Shown here piece by piece: positions 18,936 to 27,334 of a stretch of 45,404 bases of DNA. The notes beneath the pieces were generated by a model. That model saw only the letters and a list, made by a program, of their open reading frames with translations, was not told where the DNA came from and ran no database searches. The translations under genes were made by a program, and so were the position numbers. The stretch spans positions 1-45,404 of the forward strand of contig JAFVYW010000110.1 of NCBI GenBank assembly GCA_017508465.1, written 5' to 3'. Every line of letters begins with the position of its first letter. Position 1 is the first letter of the stretch. This DNA is from Clostridia bacterium. Its GTDB lineage: Bacteria; Bacillota; Clostridia; Oscillospirales; CAG-272.

Positions 18936-20294
18936 ATGAATAATGCAAACATTACTTTACAAATAGTAAAAGAACTCACTTGTGATGTTCTTGTTGTGGG
19001 TGGCGGCGTCGCTGGTGTTGCAACCGCCGTTTCAGCGAGCCGCGAGGGTGCGGATACGCTGATTATGGAACAATCCTATGTTCTCGGCGGTACGGCATCT
19101 CTCGGACTTGTCGGTCCCTTCATGACCTCCTATACCCCCGATAGCAAAACCCAACTGATACGCGGCTTCTTCGATGAGTTCGTACGCCGTATGGAAGAGA
19201 TCGGAGGCGCGATACACCCCTCGAGGTGTGAGAGGACCTTCGCTTCCTATACGGCGTATCGTACCCACGGTCACCAGAACCTCACGCCATATAGCGCCGA
19301 GGCATTCCGACGCGTCGCGGACGATATGTGCGCCGAATGCGGCGTGCGTGTCCTTTTTGGCGCGACATTCCTTTCGGGCATCATGGAAAACGGAAAAGTC
19401 ACCTCCGCCATTTTCGCGACAAAGGCAGGTCTTTATCGCGTCACACCCAAGGTTGTGGTAGATACCACGGGAGATGCCGATGTGGTGGCAGGTCTCGGGC
19501 TGGAAACTGTCTACGGAGACGGCGACGGAGATGTGCAGGCGTCCTCCCTCTTCTTCACCGTCCGCGGTGTGGATAAAGAAGCGATGGAACAACATATGCA
19601 GAGCGCACCCGATATGGAAACGCGTTTTTACATGCGCGAGATTGAAGCGGAGCGGGAGAGAGGCAACTATCCTCTCTATCGCGCCAAGGTGATGCTCTTC
19701 GAGGGTATCGATGGTGAATGGGTAGTCAATATGACACAAATGGACGGTGTCGATGCCCGCTCTCCCGAGGAGGTGTCCCATGCGATGCTTGTCGGACGAC
19801 GCCAGATTGTCTATGTGATGAATTTTCTTAAAAAATATGTGGCAGGCTGTGAGAATATCGTTCTCTCCCGAAGCGCCGGGATGCTCGGCGTGCGCGAGTC
19901 CCGCCGTATTGTATCCGAATATGTACTCAAAACCGAGGATGCCGTCCATTCGACACGCTTTGCGGATGAAATCTTCTGCGCCTCAAACTCAATGGATATT
20001 CACAAAAAGGGATATGTGGAATACATTCCGCGTGATTCAAACGCTCCCTATTTCATCCCCTATCGTTCCCTTGTGGTCAAGGGGGTGGATAATCTTCTCG
20101 GCGCAGGCAGGCTTGTGGGCGCAGAACGCCCCGTTGCCGCGGCAATCCGCGTCATGCCACCCTGCATGGCGATGGGACAGGCGGCAGGCATCGCCGCCGC
20201 CATCTCGGCAAAAGAGAACATTGCCTGTCGCGATGTGAACGCCGCCTTACTCCGTACGAAGCTGAAAAAATGGGGCGCATATCTCCCCGACTGA
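18936..20294 (+). CDS. FAD-dependent oxidoreductase (FAD_oxidored-type, GxGxxG at N-terminus)
   Basis: DVLVVGGGVAGVATAV dinucleotide-binding motif and a C-terminal AIRVMPPCMAMGQAAG block. GGAGA SD is present. It is a paralog of 24772..26055. Confidence 0.7.
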   Translation: MNNANITLQIVKELTCDVLVVGGGVAGVATAVSASREGADTLIMEQSYVLGGTASLGLVGPFMTSYTPDSKTQLIRGFFDEFVRRMEEIGGAIHPSRCERTFASYTAYRTHGHQNLTPYSAEAFRRVADDMCAECGVRVLFGATFLSGIMENGKVTSAIFATKAGLYRVTPKVVVDTTGDADVVAGLGLETVYGDGDGDVQASSLFFTVRGVDKEAMEQHMQSAPDMETRFYMREIEAERERGNYPLYRAKVMLFEGIDGEWVVNMTQMDGVDARSPEEVSHAMLVGRRQIVYVMNFLKKYVAGCENIVLSRSAGMLGVRESRRIVSEYVLKTEDAVHSTRFADEIFCASNSMDIHKKGYVEYIPRDSNAPYFIPYRSLVVKGVDNLLGAGRLVGAERPVAAAIRVMPPCMAMGQAAGIAAAISAKENIACRDVNAALLRTKLKKWGAYLPD

Positions 20295-20320
20295 CGGCAC
20301 TACAATACCTTAAACACAAA

Positions 20321-20356
20321 CCGAACCCTTCGGCTTTGCCTCGGGTTCGGTTTTTT
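20321..20356 (+). terminator. Rho-independent terminator after the first FAD oxidoreductase
   Basis: Stem CCGAACCC ... GGGTTCGG is extended by AAA/TTT pairs and followed by TTTTTT. Confidence 0.7.
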
Positions 20357-20411
20357 ATCAAAAAGCCTTGTCAATCTTCTTTAAAAAATATTAAAAATTT
20401 CAGAAAACCCC

Positions 20412-20440
20412 TTGAAAGTTCCATGAAAATATGGTACAAT
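20412..20440 (+). promoter_or_regulatory. SigA-type promoter of the methyltransferase gene
   Basis: TTGAAA (20412-17), a 17-nt spacer, then TACAAT (20435-40) with a TGg extended -10. It lies 38 nt upstream of the ATG. Confidence 0.55.
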
Positions 20441-20477
20441 ATTTTCAGGCAGAAATTTCAAAGAAAGGAAGAATGCT

Positions 20478-21995
20478 ATGTTAAGTCTGGCCGTCAGAAA
20501 CACCGCGAAGCTTGTGCGAGAAAAATCAAAAAGCGAGAATATCAGGCTCGGTCGTCTTTTTACCAAAAAAGATACGGCGCGCCTTATGGCATCGATGTTC
20601 AATATCGATACCACCCGTAGTGTTTATACCATTCTGGATCCCGGCGCAGGTACAGGCATTTTGTCAGGTGCTATCGTCGAGCGCATCTGCAAAGAAGCCC
20701 CCTCGGTCAAGCAGATTTATCTGACCTGCTATGAGAACAATCCCGAATTCTGCGTCATGCTCGAGGACAATCTTGAGCGCATCCGTAAGAAAGCGCGCCA
20801 TGACTATGGTGTGAAGCTGTTCTATACGGTGTACGAGGAAAACTATATTCTCGATGCGCAGAATCACTATACAGTAACCTTCTTTGATTCCACCCCCGAC
20901 ACCTTCGACCTGATTATCTGTAACCCACCGCAAGGCTTTATCGACAAGGCATCGGACGAGGCGAAGGTGGCAGGTGGTGTCACCCAGATAAAAATCAACG
21001 AGGCCTTTTTATTTGCGAAGATGGCGCGAGGACATCTCGAGGAGGACGGTCAATTGGTCTGCATGCTTCCGACCACCGTCGCGACAGCAACCGAGCTTAA
21101 AAATTTCCGTCTTGAAATGAGCGAGGCGCTCTCGATCCGTCGCATTCACCTGTTTGTCGGTGTGCAGAAAAACAAGAGCCGCGCTACCCCGCTGAAGAAA
21201 AATATCATTATTGCCTATCATAAGGGCGAAGCGCCCGAAACCATTTCCATCACCACATCGACCGACCATGGCTCGCCCGACAAGACCGTCGCCCTGCCAC
21301 CCCTTCCCTATCGGTTTGTGGTAAATAAAGAAGGACTTGCCCTGACCTTGCCTAAGAGCGCCGAGGATACGCAGATTGTACGCTATCTCTCCTCCTTCCC
21401 CGAAACACTCACCTCGCTCGGACTTAAGATGTATACAGGGCTTGTTATCGACTCGCGTGTCAGCGAGATGCTCTTCTCCGAACCGACGCGTGGCGCTGTT
21501 CCCCTTTTCCGTCCAAACGCGATTTCAGGCGGTGTCATCCGTTTCCCCCTGCCGATTAAAAACCAATATATCGCTCCTTTGAATGAAAATCTCATCCAGA
21601 GAAACAAGAATATGATTTTCATCAAGCGCGTACCTGCCAAGGGCGATGAGAGATTTTTAAACTGCGCGATTTATATCGCGGCAGGACTTCCCTCTTACCG
21701 TTATATCAGTACCCATAACAAAATCAACTTTATCGACACCAGAGATAAGAACGCCGAGATGAGTGCGCGCTTCGTCTGGGGATTGTTCGCTCTTCTCAAC
21801 TCGACGATTTATGACCGCTATCTTTCCATCGTCTCAAAATCCACGCAGATAAACTCCAAGGAGATGCAGAACCTTCCTCTGCCCGAGCGCCATATCATCG
21901 AAAACATCGGCGTTCACCTGATGACGCTCCGCGCGACCGATGTCGACTCCTGTGATAGCGTTGTCAATCCTGTCCTTCGCATCCGCAAGCTGTAA
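20478..21995 (+). CDS. Orphan SAM-dependent methyltransferase, gamma-class N6-adenine (Eco57I/TaqI-like) layout with a C-terminal target-recognition-like half; motif IV is NPPQ
   Basis: Motif I ILDPGAGTGIL is followed ~85 aa later by FDLIICNPPQG and then NEAFLFAKMA...DGQLVCMLP. No adjacent endonuclease ORF. Confidence 0.7.
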   Translation: MLSLAVRNTAKLVREKSKSENIRLGRLFTKKDTARLMASMFNIDTTRSVYTILDPGAGTGILSGAIVERICKEAPSVKQIYLTCYENNPEFCVMLEDNLERIRKKARHDYGVKLFYTVYEENYILDAQNHYTVTFFDSTPDTFDLIICNPPQGFIDKASDEAKVAGGVTQIKINEAFLFAKMARGHLEEDGQLVCMLPTTVATATELKNFRLEMSEALSIRRIHLFVGVQKNKSRATPLKKNIIIAYHKGEAPETISITTSTDHGSPDKTVALPPLPYRFVVNKEGLALTLPKSAEDTQIVRYLSSFPETLTSLGLKMYTGLVIDSRVSEMLFSEPTRGAVPLFRPNAISGGVIRFPLPIKNQYIAPLNENLIQRNKNMIFIKRVPAKGDERFLNCAIYIAAGLPSYRYISTHNKINFIDTRDKNAEMSARFVWGLFALLNSTIYDRYLSIVSKSTQINSKEMQNLPLPERHIIENIGVHLMTLRATDVDSCDSVVNPVLRIRKL

Positions 21996-22066
21996 TCGTA
22001 TTCCAACAGAGATGTAGCCTTTTTCGATGTGAAGTCAATATTTTGTAAACTTTGCTTTTCATTTTC

Positions 22067-22110
22067 ATGCCTCTTCCGAACTTAAATAAGCAGGAGGAGG
22101 CATTTTTTAT
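22067..22110 (+). terminator. Strong intrinsic terminator between the methyltransferase and the GTPase-NYN gene; possible leader attenuator
   Basis: ATGCCTCTTCC (22067-77) pairs with GGAGGAGGCAT (22093-103): 11 bp with one G-U pair and a 15-nt loop, then TTTTTT. The hairpin ends 27 nt before the ATG at 22137. Confidence 0.65.
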
Positions 22111-22136
22111 AGGTAAAAAGAAAGGAGAAAAGACAT

Positions 22137-24713
22137 ATGAAACGAGCCACCATAGGCATCCTCGCGCATGTCGACGCTGGAAAAACAACACTCACCGAGA
22201 GCATGCTTTACCATGTCGGCGCTATCAGACGCATGGGCAGAGTAGACCGTGGCGACGCCTTCCTTGACACGCATTCACTGGAGCGTGAGCGGGGGATTAC
22301 GATTTTCTCCAAGATGGCAACCCTTCCTCTCGGCGATCTTGAAATCACCCTGCTTGACACCCCGGGACATATCGATTTTGTTGCCGAGGTTGAGCGCTCG
22401 CTCGAGGTGCTGGACGGTGCGATTTTAGTTCTTTCCCTCTCCGATCCCATCCGTTCTCATACCAAAACCCTATGGACGCTTTTACGCGCACACCGCATTC
22501 CTACCTTTATTTTCGTCAACAAATGTGACATGCTCCGACGCGGACGCGCCGAAATGATGGAGGAAATCCGCACAGCACTCGGCACGATGTGCGCGGTCGA
22601 TTTCTCCTCGACAAAGACAGACCATTATTTTGAGGATGTTGCTGCCGTCAGCGAACGACTGCTCGGCAAATTCTTTGATGGCGAAGAGATTACCAAAGAG
22701 GATATCTCCGGCGAGATTGCGCGCGCCAACCTCTTCCCCGTCTACTTCGGCTCTGCCCTCTCGGGCGAGGGCGTAGGCGCGCTTCTTGAGGGCATCCGTA
22801 CCTATCTGCCCACGCCAAAATACAGCGATACCTTCGGCGCGAAGGTGCATAAGATTATGCGGGACGCCGATGGCACACGCCTTACCTATCTCAAAATCAC
22901 AGGTGGCAGGCTCAAAACCAAGGACACCCTGAAAATGCGCCTTGCCGATGAGGTTCTTGAAGAAAAAATCGAAGGCATTCGTCTTTATTCCGGTGAAAAA
23001 TACCGTTCCCTTACCGAGGCGGAAGCAGGCATGCTTGTCGCGGTGCAAGGTCTGTCGCGCACTTATGCAGGGCAGGGCTTCGGCGTGGAATACCATGGTG
23101 GCGAGCCGACTTTAACCCCTCTGCTCTCCTATCGTCTCAACCTTCCCGAGGGTATCAACACGCATGAGGCATACCTGAAGCTTCTCGCGTTGCATGACGA
23201 GGACCCTACCCTCGCGCTCGCTTATGACGAGAGCAACCGTGAAATCACGGTAATGCTGATGGGCGAGATGCAGTTGGAGATATTGAAGCGCATCATCTCG
23301 GAGCGCTTCGGTCTTGATGTCACCTTCTCCCATGGCGATATCGTTTACAAGGAGACAATCAAAGAGGCGGTTTTCGGCGCGGGACACTTCGAGCCTCTGC
23401 GTCATTATGCCGAGGTTCATCTGTTAATCGAGCCACTGGAATATGGCGAGGGCGTTGTATTCAAAAGCGAGCTTTCCACCGATATTCTCTCACGAAACTA
23501 TCAGAGACTTATTCTTTCGCACCTGGAAGAAAAAACGCATCGCGGTGTCCTGACAGGCTCTGCGCTGACGGATGTTTCCATTACATTGGTCGGGGGCAGA
23601 GCGCACAACAAGCACACCGAGGGCGGCGACTTCCGCAAGGCGACCTACCGCGCGGTAAGACAGGGACTGATGAAGGCGGAGAATGTTCTGCTTGAGCCAT
23701 ATATGGACTTCATTCTCACGCTTCCCGAAGGGCAAATCGGACGCGCCATGAGTGACCTGGATGCCCTGTATGCAACCTTGGAAGCGCCCGATTTTGATGG
23801 CATCGGAGGCGCAACGCTTCGTGGCTACGCCCCCCTCGCAACCATACGCCACTATCAGAGTGAACTGCGCGCCTACACGAAGGGCGAGGGCGCGATGACG
23901 ATGAGCCTGCGCTCCTATCTTCCCTGTCATAACACCGATGAGGTGGTCGCGCGCTTTGGCTACAATCCTACCCTCGACGAGAGAAATCCGCCCCATAGCG
24001 TTTTCTGTAAAAACGGAACCTCCGTGGTTGTCCCCTGGGATGAGGCAGATGCATGGATGCATGCACCCGTGTTAGAAAAAAGCGCCTCTACCATGCAGGA
24101 AGAAGCGATATCCTCGCCCACACCCGAGTCGAAAAAAACGAGTGGTTACGAGAGCGCCCGCGCTCTTGACAAGGAGCTTCTCGCCATCTTTGAGCGCACC
24201 TATGGTAAAATCAAGCAGAGGAAAATTCACGAGCCGGTCGAATATAAGCCTGAAGAAAAAAAGGTATATAAAAAGAAAAAAGGACCAGCCAAGGAGATTA
24301 TCCTTGTCGATGGTTACAACATCATCTTCGCATGGGAAACACTCGCAAAAATCGCGAAGCATTCCCTCATCGATGCCCGCGACAGTCTTGTACGCATGCT
24401 TTCCAACTATGCGGGATATCGTAAAATCGATATCATTGTTGTGTTCGACGCCTATCTTGTACGCGGCGGTGTCGGCTCTTGCGAAAAGGCAGGAGAGGTA
24501 TTCATTGTCTACACCAAGGAAAAAGAGACAGCGGACGCGTATATCGAAAAAACCTCGGTCGAGCTTGCGAAAGACTATTTTGTCCGTGTAGCAACCAGCG
24601 ATGCGGTCGAGCAGATGATTATTCTCGGCGCAGGCGCATACCGTGTCAGCGCGAGGGAGTTCGAGCGTGAAATACTGCAGGTTGAGGATGAAATTGCAAC
24701 ATTTCTCACATAA
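22137..24713 (+). CDS. Fusion protein: TetM/EF-G-like translational GTPase (aa 1-~640) + K/E-rich linker + Rae1/YacP-type NYN ribonuclease domain (aa 720-858, nt 24294-24710)
   Basis: GTPase motifs are G1 AHVDAGKTT, G2 RGITI, G3 DTPGH, G4 NKCD and G5 GSAL, plus TetM-like LFPVYFGSAL. The C-terminus (EIILVDGYN, VVFDA, ETADAYIEK, VATSDAVEQ, SAREFEREI) parallels B. subtilis YacP/Rae1. AAAGGAG SD is present. Confidence 0.85.
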   Translation: MKRATIGILAHVDAGKTTLTESMLYHVGAIRRMGRVDRGDAFLDTHSLERERGITIFSKMATLPLGDLEITLLDTPGHIDFVAEVERSLEVLDGAILVLSLSDPIRSHTKTLWTLLRAHRIPTFIFVNKCDMLRRGRAEMMEEIRTALGTMCAVDFSSTKTDHYFEDVAAVSERLLGKFFDGEEITKEDISGEIARANLFPVYFGSALSGEGVGALLEGIRTYLPTPKYSDTFGAKVHKIMRDADGTRLTYLKITGGRLKTKDTLKMRLADEVLEEKIEGIRLYSGEKYRSLTEAEAGMLVAVQGLSRTYAGQGFGVEYHGGEPTLTPLLSYRLNLPEGINTHEAYLKLLALHDEDPTLALAYDESNREITVMLMGEMQLEILKRIISERFGLDVTFSHGDIVYKETIKEAVFGAGHFEPLRHYAEVHLLIEPLEYGEGVVFKSELSTDILSRNYQRLILSHLEEKTHRGVLTGSALTDVSITLVGGRAHNKHTEGGDFRKATYRAVRQGLMKAENVLLEPYMDFILTLPEGQIGRAMSDLDALYATLEAPDFDGIGGATLRGYAPLATIRHYQSELRAYTKGEGAMTMSLRSYLPCHNTDEVVARFGYNPTLDERNPPHSVFCKNGTSVVVPWDEADAWMHAPVLEKSASTMQEEAISSPTPESKKTSGYESARALDKELLAIFERTYGKIKQRKIHEPVEYKPEEKKVYKKKKGPAKEIILVDGYNIIFAWETLAKIAKHSLIDARDSLVRMLSNYAGYRKIDIIVVFDAYLVRGGVGSCEKAGEVFIVYTKEKETADAYIEKTSVELAKDYFVRVATSDAVEQMIILGAGAYRVSAREFEREILQVEDEIATFLT

Positions 24714-24771
24714 CCTATTGCAATCACAAAAAACCTGTGCTAAAATAAAATAAAATCTTATTCTTTGAGGT

Positions 24772-26055
24772 ATGAATATGAAAAAGTATGATCTTGTGGT
24801 TGTCGGCGGTGGTCTTGCTGGCGTAGCAACAGCAATTACCGCGGCGCGCGGTGGCATGCATGTGCTTCTTTGCGAAAAAACCAACGCTCTGGGCGGCGCA
24901 GCAGCAACGATGCTCGTTATGCCCTTTATGCCAAATGCCACAAAAATTAACGACGAAGTCCGTCAGCTCTCCCGTGGGATCTTTGAGGAAATCCGCAACG
25001 AGATGATAAAGTTCGACGGTCGTGCCGAAGTCGCAATAAAATCGGGTAACCTCCATTTTGATGAAGAGACAATGAAAATTGTACTCAATCGTATGTGCAT
25101 AAAAGCAGGCGTTGAACTTCTCTTCCATGCCTACCTTTCAGGTGTTACGCGCGAGGGTGACCGCGTTGTCAGTGCGACCTTTGCGACGGTGTCAGGTCCT
25201 TTTACCTTCGAAGGAGATTACTTTGTCGATGCGACGGGTGACGCTACCCTTTCCACCCTGGCAGGATGCGAAACCATCCTCGGAAGAGAGGAAGATAACC
25301 TCTGTCAGCCGATGACGCTCTGTTTCCGTATGGGCGGTGTCGATATGGAGAAATTCCAGGAAGTCAAGCGTTCCTATGTCAATGTCCTTTATAAAGAAAG
25401 ACAAGCGAAGGGTGAGATTCGCAACCCTCGTGAAGATGTCCTTACCTTCACGACATATCACCCCGATGTGTTGCATCTGAATACCACCCGTGTCGTAAAA
25501 CTCAACCCGACCGATCCTTTCGATGTGACAAAAGCCGAGCTTATCGCACGCGAGCAGGTGGTCGAGATGGTCGACTTTTTGAAGTCCCTCCCGGGCTCAG
25601 GTATGGAAAATGCATACCTTCTTTCGACCGCACTTGAAATCGGTGTGCGCGAATCGAGAATGGTGGTCTGCGAGCATATGTTAAACGAAATGGAACTCAA
25701 GGAATGCACCGTTTTTGACGACGCGATCGCAACAGGCAACTACGATATCGACATTCACAATCCCGAAGGCTCGGGCACAAGCCATTACTACTTCAAGCCT
25801 GGCGAATACTACACCATTCCTTATCGTTCCTTAATCCCCAAAAAGACAGAAAACCTTCTTGTTGTCGGCAGATGTATCGGCGCGACACATGCCGCACAGG
25901 CTTCCATCCGTATTATGCCCATCACCACCACGCTTGGTGAGGCGGCAGGTCATGCTCTCGCACAATGTCATAGCCGTTCGCTTTCCAATGTCCGCGATGT
26001 AGATATCCGCGCCCTTCACGAAGTATTCGAAAAATCCAATGTCTCCTATCGGTAA
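24772..26055 (+). CDS. FAD-dependent oxidoreductase, paralog of 18936..20294
   Basis: YDLVVVGGGLAGVATAITAARGG, RESRMVV, IPYRSLIP and SIRIMPITTTLGEAAG are collinear with the first copy. Confidence 0.7.
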   Translation: MNMKKYDLVVVGGGLAGVATAITAARGGMHVLLCEKTNALGGAAATMLVMPFMPNATKINDEVRQLSRGIFEEIRNEMIKFDGRAEVAIKSGNLHFDEETMKIVLNRMCIKAGVELLFHAYLSGVTREGDRVVSATFATVSGPFTFEGDYFVDATGDATLSTLAGCETILGREEDNLCQPMTLCFRMGGVDMEKFQEVKRSYVNVLYKERQAKGEIRNPREDVLTFTTYHPDVLHLNTTRVVKLNPTDPFDVTKAELIAREQVVEMVDFLKSLPGSGMENAYLLSTALEIGVRESRMVVCEHMLNEMELKECTVFDDAIATGNYDIDIHNPEGSGTSHYYFKPGEYYTIPYRSLIPKKTENLLVVGRCIGATHAAQASIRIMPITTTLGEAAGHALAQCHSRSLSNVRDVDIRALHEVFEKSNVSYR

Positions 26056-26058
26056 AAA

Positions 26059-26526
26059 ATGAAAAAACAAGTACAGAAAATTGCATCCTTCACCGTCAAC
26101 CACGATACGCTGACGGAGGGTATTTATATCTCCCGCATCGATGGAGATGTCACCACCTACGATATGCGTACGCGCATTCCCAACGCAGGGGATTATATGG
26201 ATAACCTGACCATGCACTCCTTCGAGCATATGTTCGCGACCTATATCCGCTCGAGCGATATCGGCGAGCGCGTCCTCTACTTCGGACCAATGGGTTGTCA
26301 GACGGGATTTTATCTTCTCGTCCGCGGAGAAAAACACGACGAGGTTCTCGCCGCCGTTTTGGATGTCCTCGGACAAATTGTCGCGCACGATGGCGAAATC
26401 TTCGGCAACACGGCGCGCGAATGTGGCAATTATCGCAACCTCTCGCTGGAAAGCGCGCAGGCAGAAGCGCGGCGTTATCTCGCTATTTTAATGGCGAAAA
26501 CCAATGATTTTCGCTATAACGACTAA
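26059..26526 (+). CDS. luxS: S-ribosylhomocysteine lyase
   Basis: Metal-binding HSFEHM (HxxEH) and FGPMGCQTGFYL motifs; 155 aa; SFTVNHD near the N-terminus as in LuxS. Confidence 0.9.
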   Translation: MKKQVQKIASFTVNHDTLTEGIYISRIDGDVTTYDMRTRIPNAGDYMDNLTMHSFEHMFATYIRSSDIGERVLYFGPMGCQTGFYLLVRGEKHDEVLAAVLDVLGQIVAHDGEIFGNTARECGNYRNLSLESAQAEARRYLAILMAKTNDFRYND

Positions 26527-26562
26527 CCCGTGTCAAAAAATCAATCAAAAATGGAGCAAAAA

Positions 26563-27261
26563 ATGAAGATCGGACTGATTGGCGCGATGGAGGTGGAAGT
26601 CACCTCGCTCGCTTCCTCAATGAAAAACAGACGCGATGAATGTGTCGGTGAGTTTCAGTTTATGTGTGGTGAAATCGAAGGCGTCGAATGCGTGCTTGTC
26701 CGCTCGGGCATTGGCAAAGTCGCGGCGGCGGTTGCCACGCAGACAATGATACTGAAATATACCCCCGACCTGATTATCAACACTGGCGTCGCAGGCGCTC
26801 TTTCCCCCCTTCTTGTCCCTGGGGATATCGTTATTTCGGAAAACGCCCTGCAATACGATATGGATACCTCCCCCCTCGGCGATCCTGTCGGTCTCATCTC
26901 GGGCATCAATAAAATCTACTTTGAAGCCGACAAAACTGCGGTGGATACCCTTGTCAAAATCGCCGAAGAGCAAATCGGAAAAGTCCTCGTCGGCACCATT
27001 TGTTCGGGTGATCGCTTTGTCGCATCAAAGGAAGAAAAGGACAGAATTCTCTCCCTGTTCAGTAGTGGTGTTGCCTGTGAGATGGAGGGTGGTGCCATCG
27101 CCCATACCGCATACCTCTCACGCACGCCCTTCGTTATTGTCCGCGCTATCTCTGACAGCGCCGATGGCTCGTCCCATATGGACTATCCGACCTTTTTGAA
27201 AAAGGCAGCAAAAACCTCCTTTGAACTCGTCTATTCCTTTATTAAATCCCAGAATATGTAA
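26563..27261 (+). CDS. mtnN: 5'-methylthioadenosine/S-adenosylhomocysteine nucleosidase
   Basis: MKIGLIGAMEVEV start (GGAG 6 nt upstream; the ORF-track GTG at 26530 is less likely). GIGKVAAA, ACEMEGGAIAH and VRAISD motifs. Confidence 0.85.
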   Translation: MKIGLIGAMEVEVTSLASSMKNRRDECVGEFQFMCGEIEGVECVLVRSGIGKVAAAVATQTMILKYTPDLIINTGVAGALSPLLVPGDIVISENALQYDMDTSPLGDPVGLISGINKIYFEADKTAVDTLVKIAEEQIGKVLVGTICSGDRFVASKEEKDRILSLFSSGVACEMEGGAIAHTAYLSRTPFVIVRAISDSADGSSHMDYPTFLKKAAKTSFELVYSFIKSQNM

Positions 27262-27273
27262 ATAACTATATAC

Positions 27274-27309
27274 AAAAAGCGTGTTTTCGCACCGAAAACA
27301 CGCTTTTTT
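27274..27309. terminator. Bidirectional intrinsic terminator between convergent mtnN and helicase genes
   Basis: AAAAA-GCGTGTTTTCG-CAC-CGAAAACACGC-TTTTTT: an 11-bp perfect stem flanked by A and T tracts. Confidence 0.75.
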
Positions 27310-27334
27310 CTTTGTTTGCAAAATTGTTTTAATT

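Noticed and set aside
22052-22267. 71-aa ORF spanning the terminator and the start of the GTPase-NYN gene; considered as a leader peptide
   Set aside because: It has a non-ATG start and no SD. It runs out of frame into the well-supported GTPase ORF, so it is not a short attenuation peptide.
26059-27261. luxS-mtnN pair as a novel quorum-sensing module
   Set aside because: This is the standard activated-methyl-cycle pair, common in Firmicutes. Nothing about the sequences is unusual.
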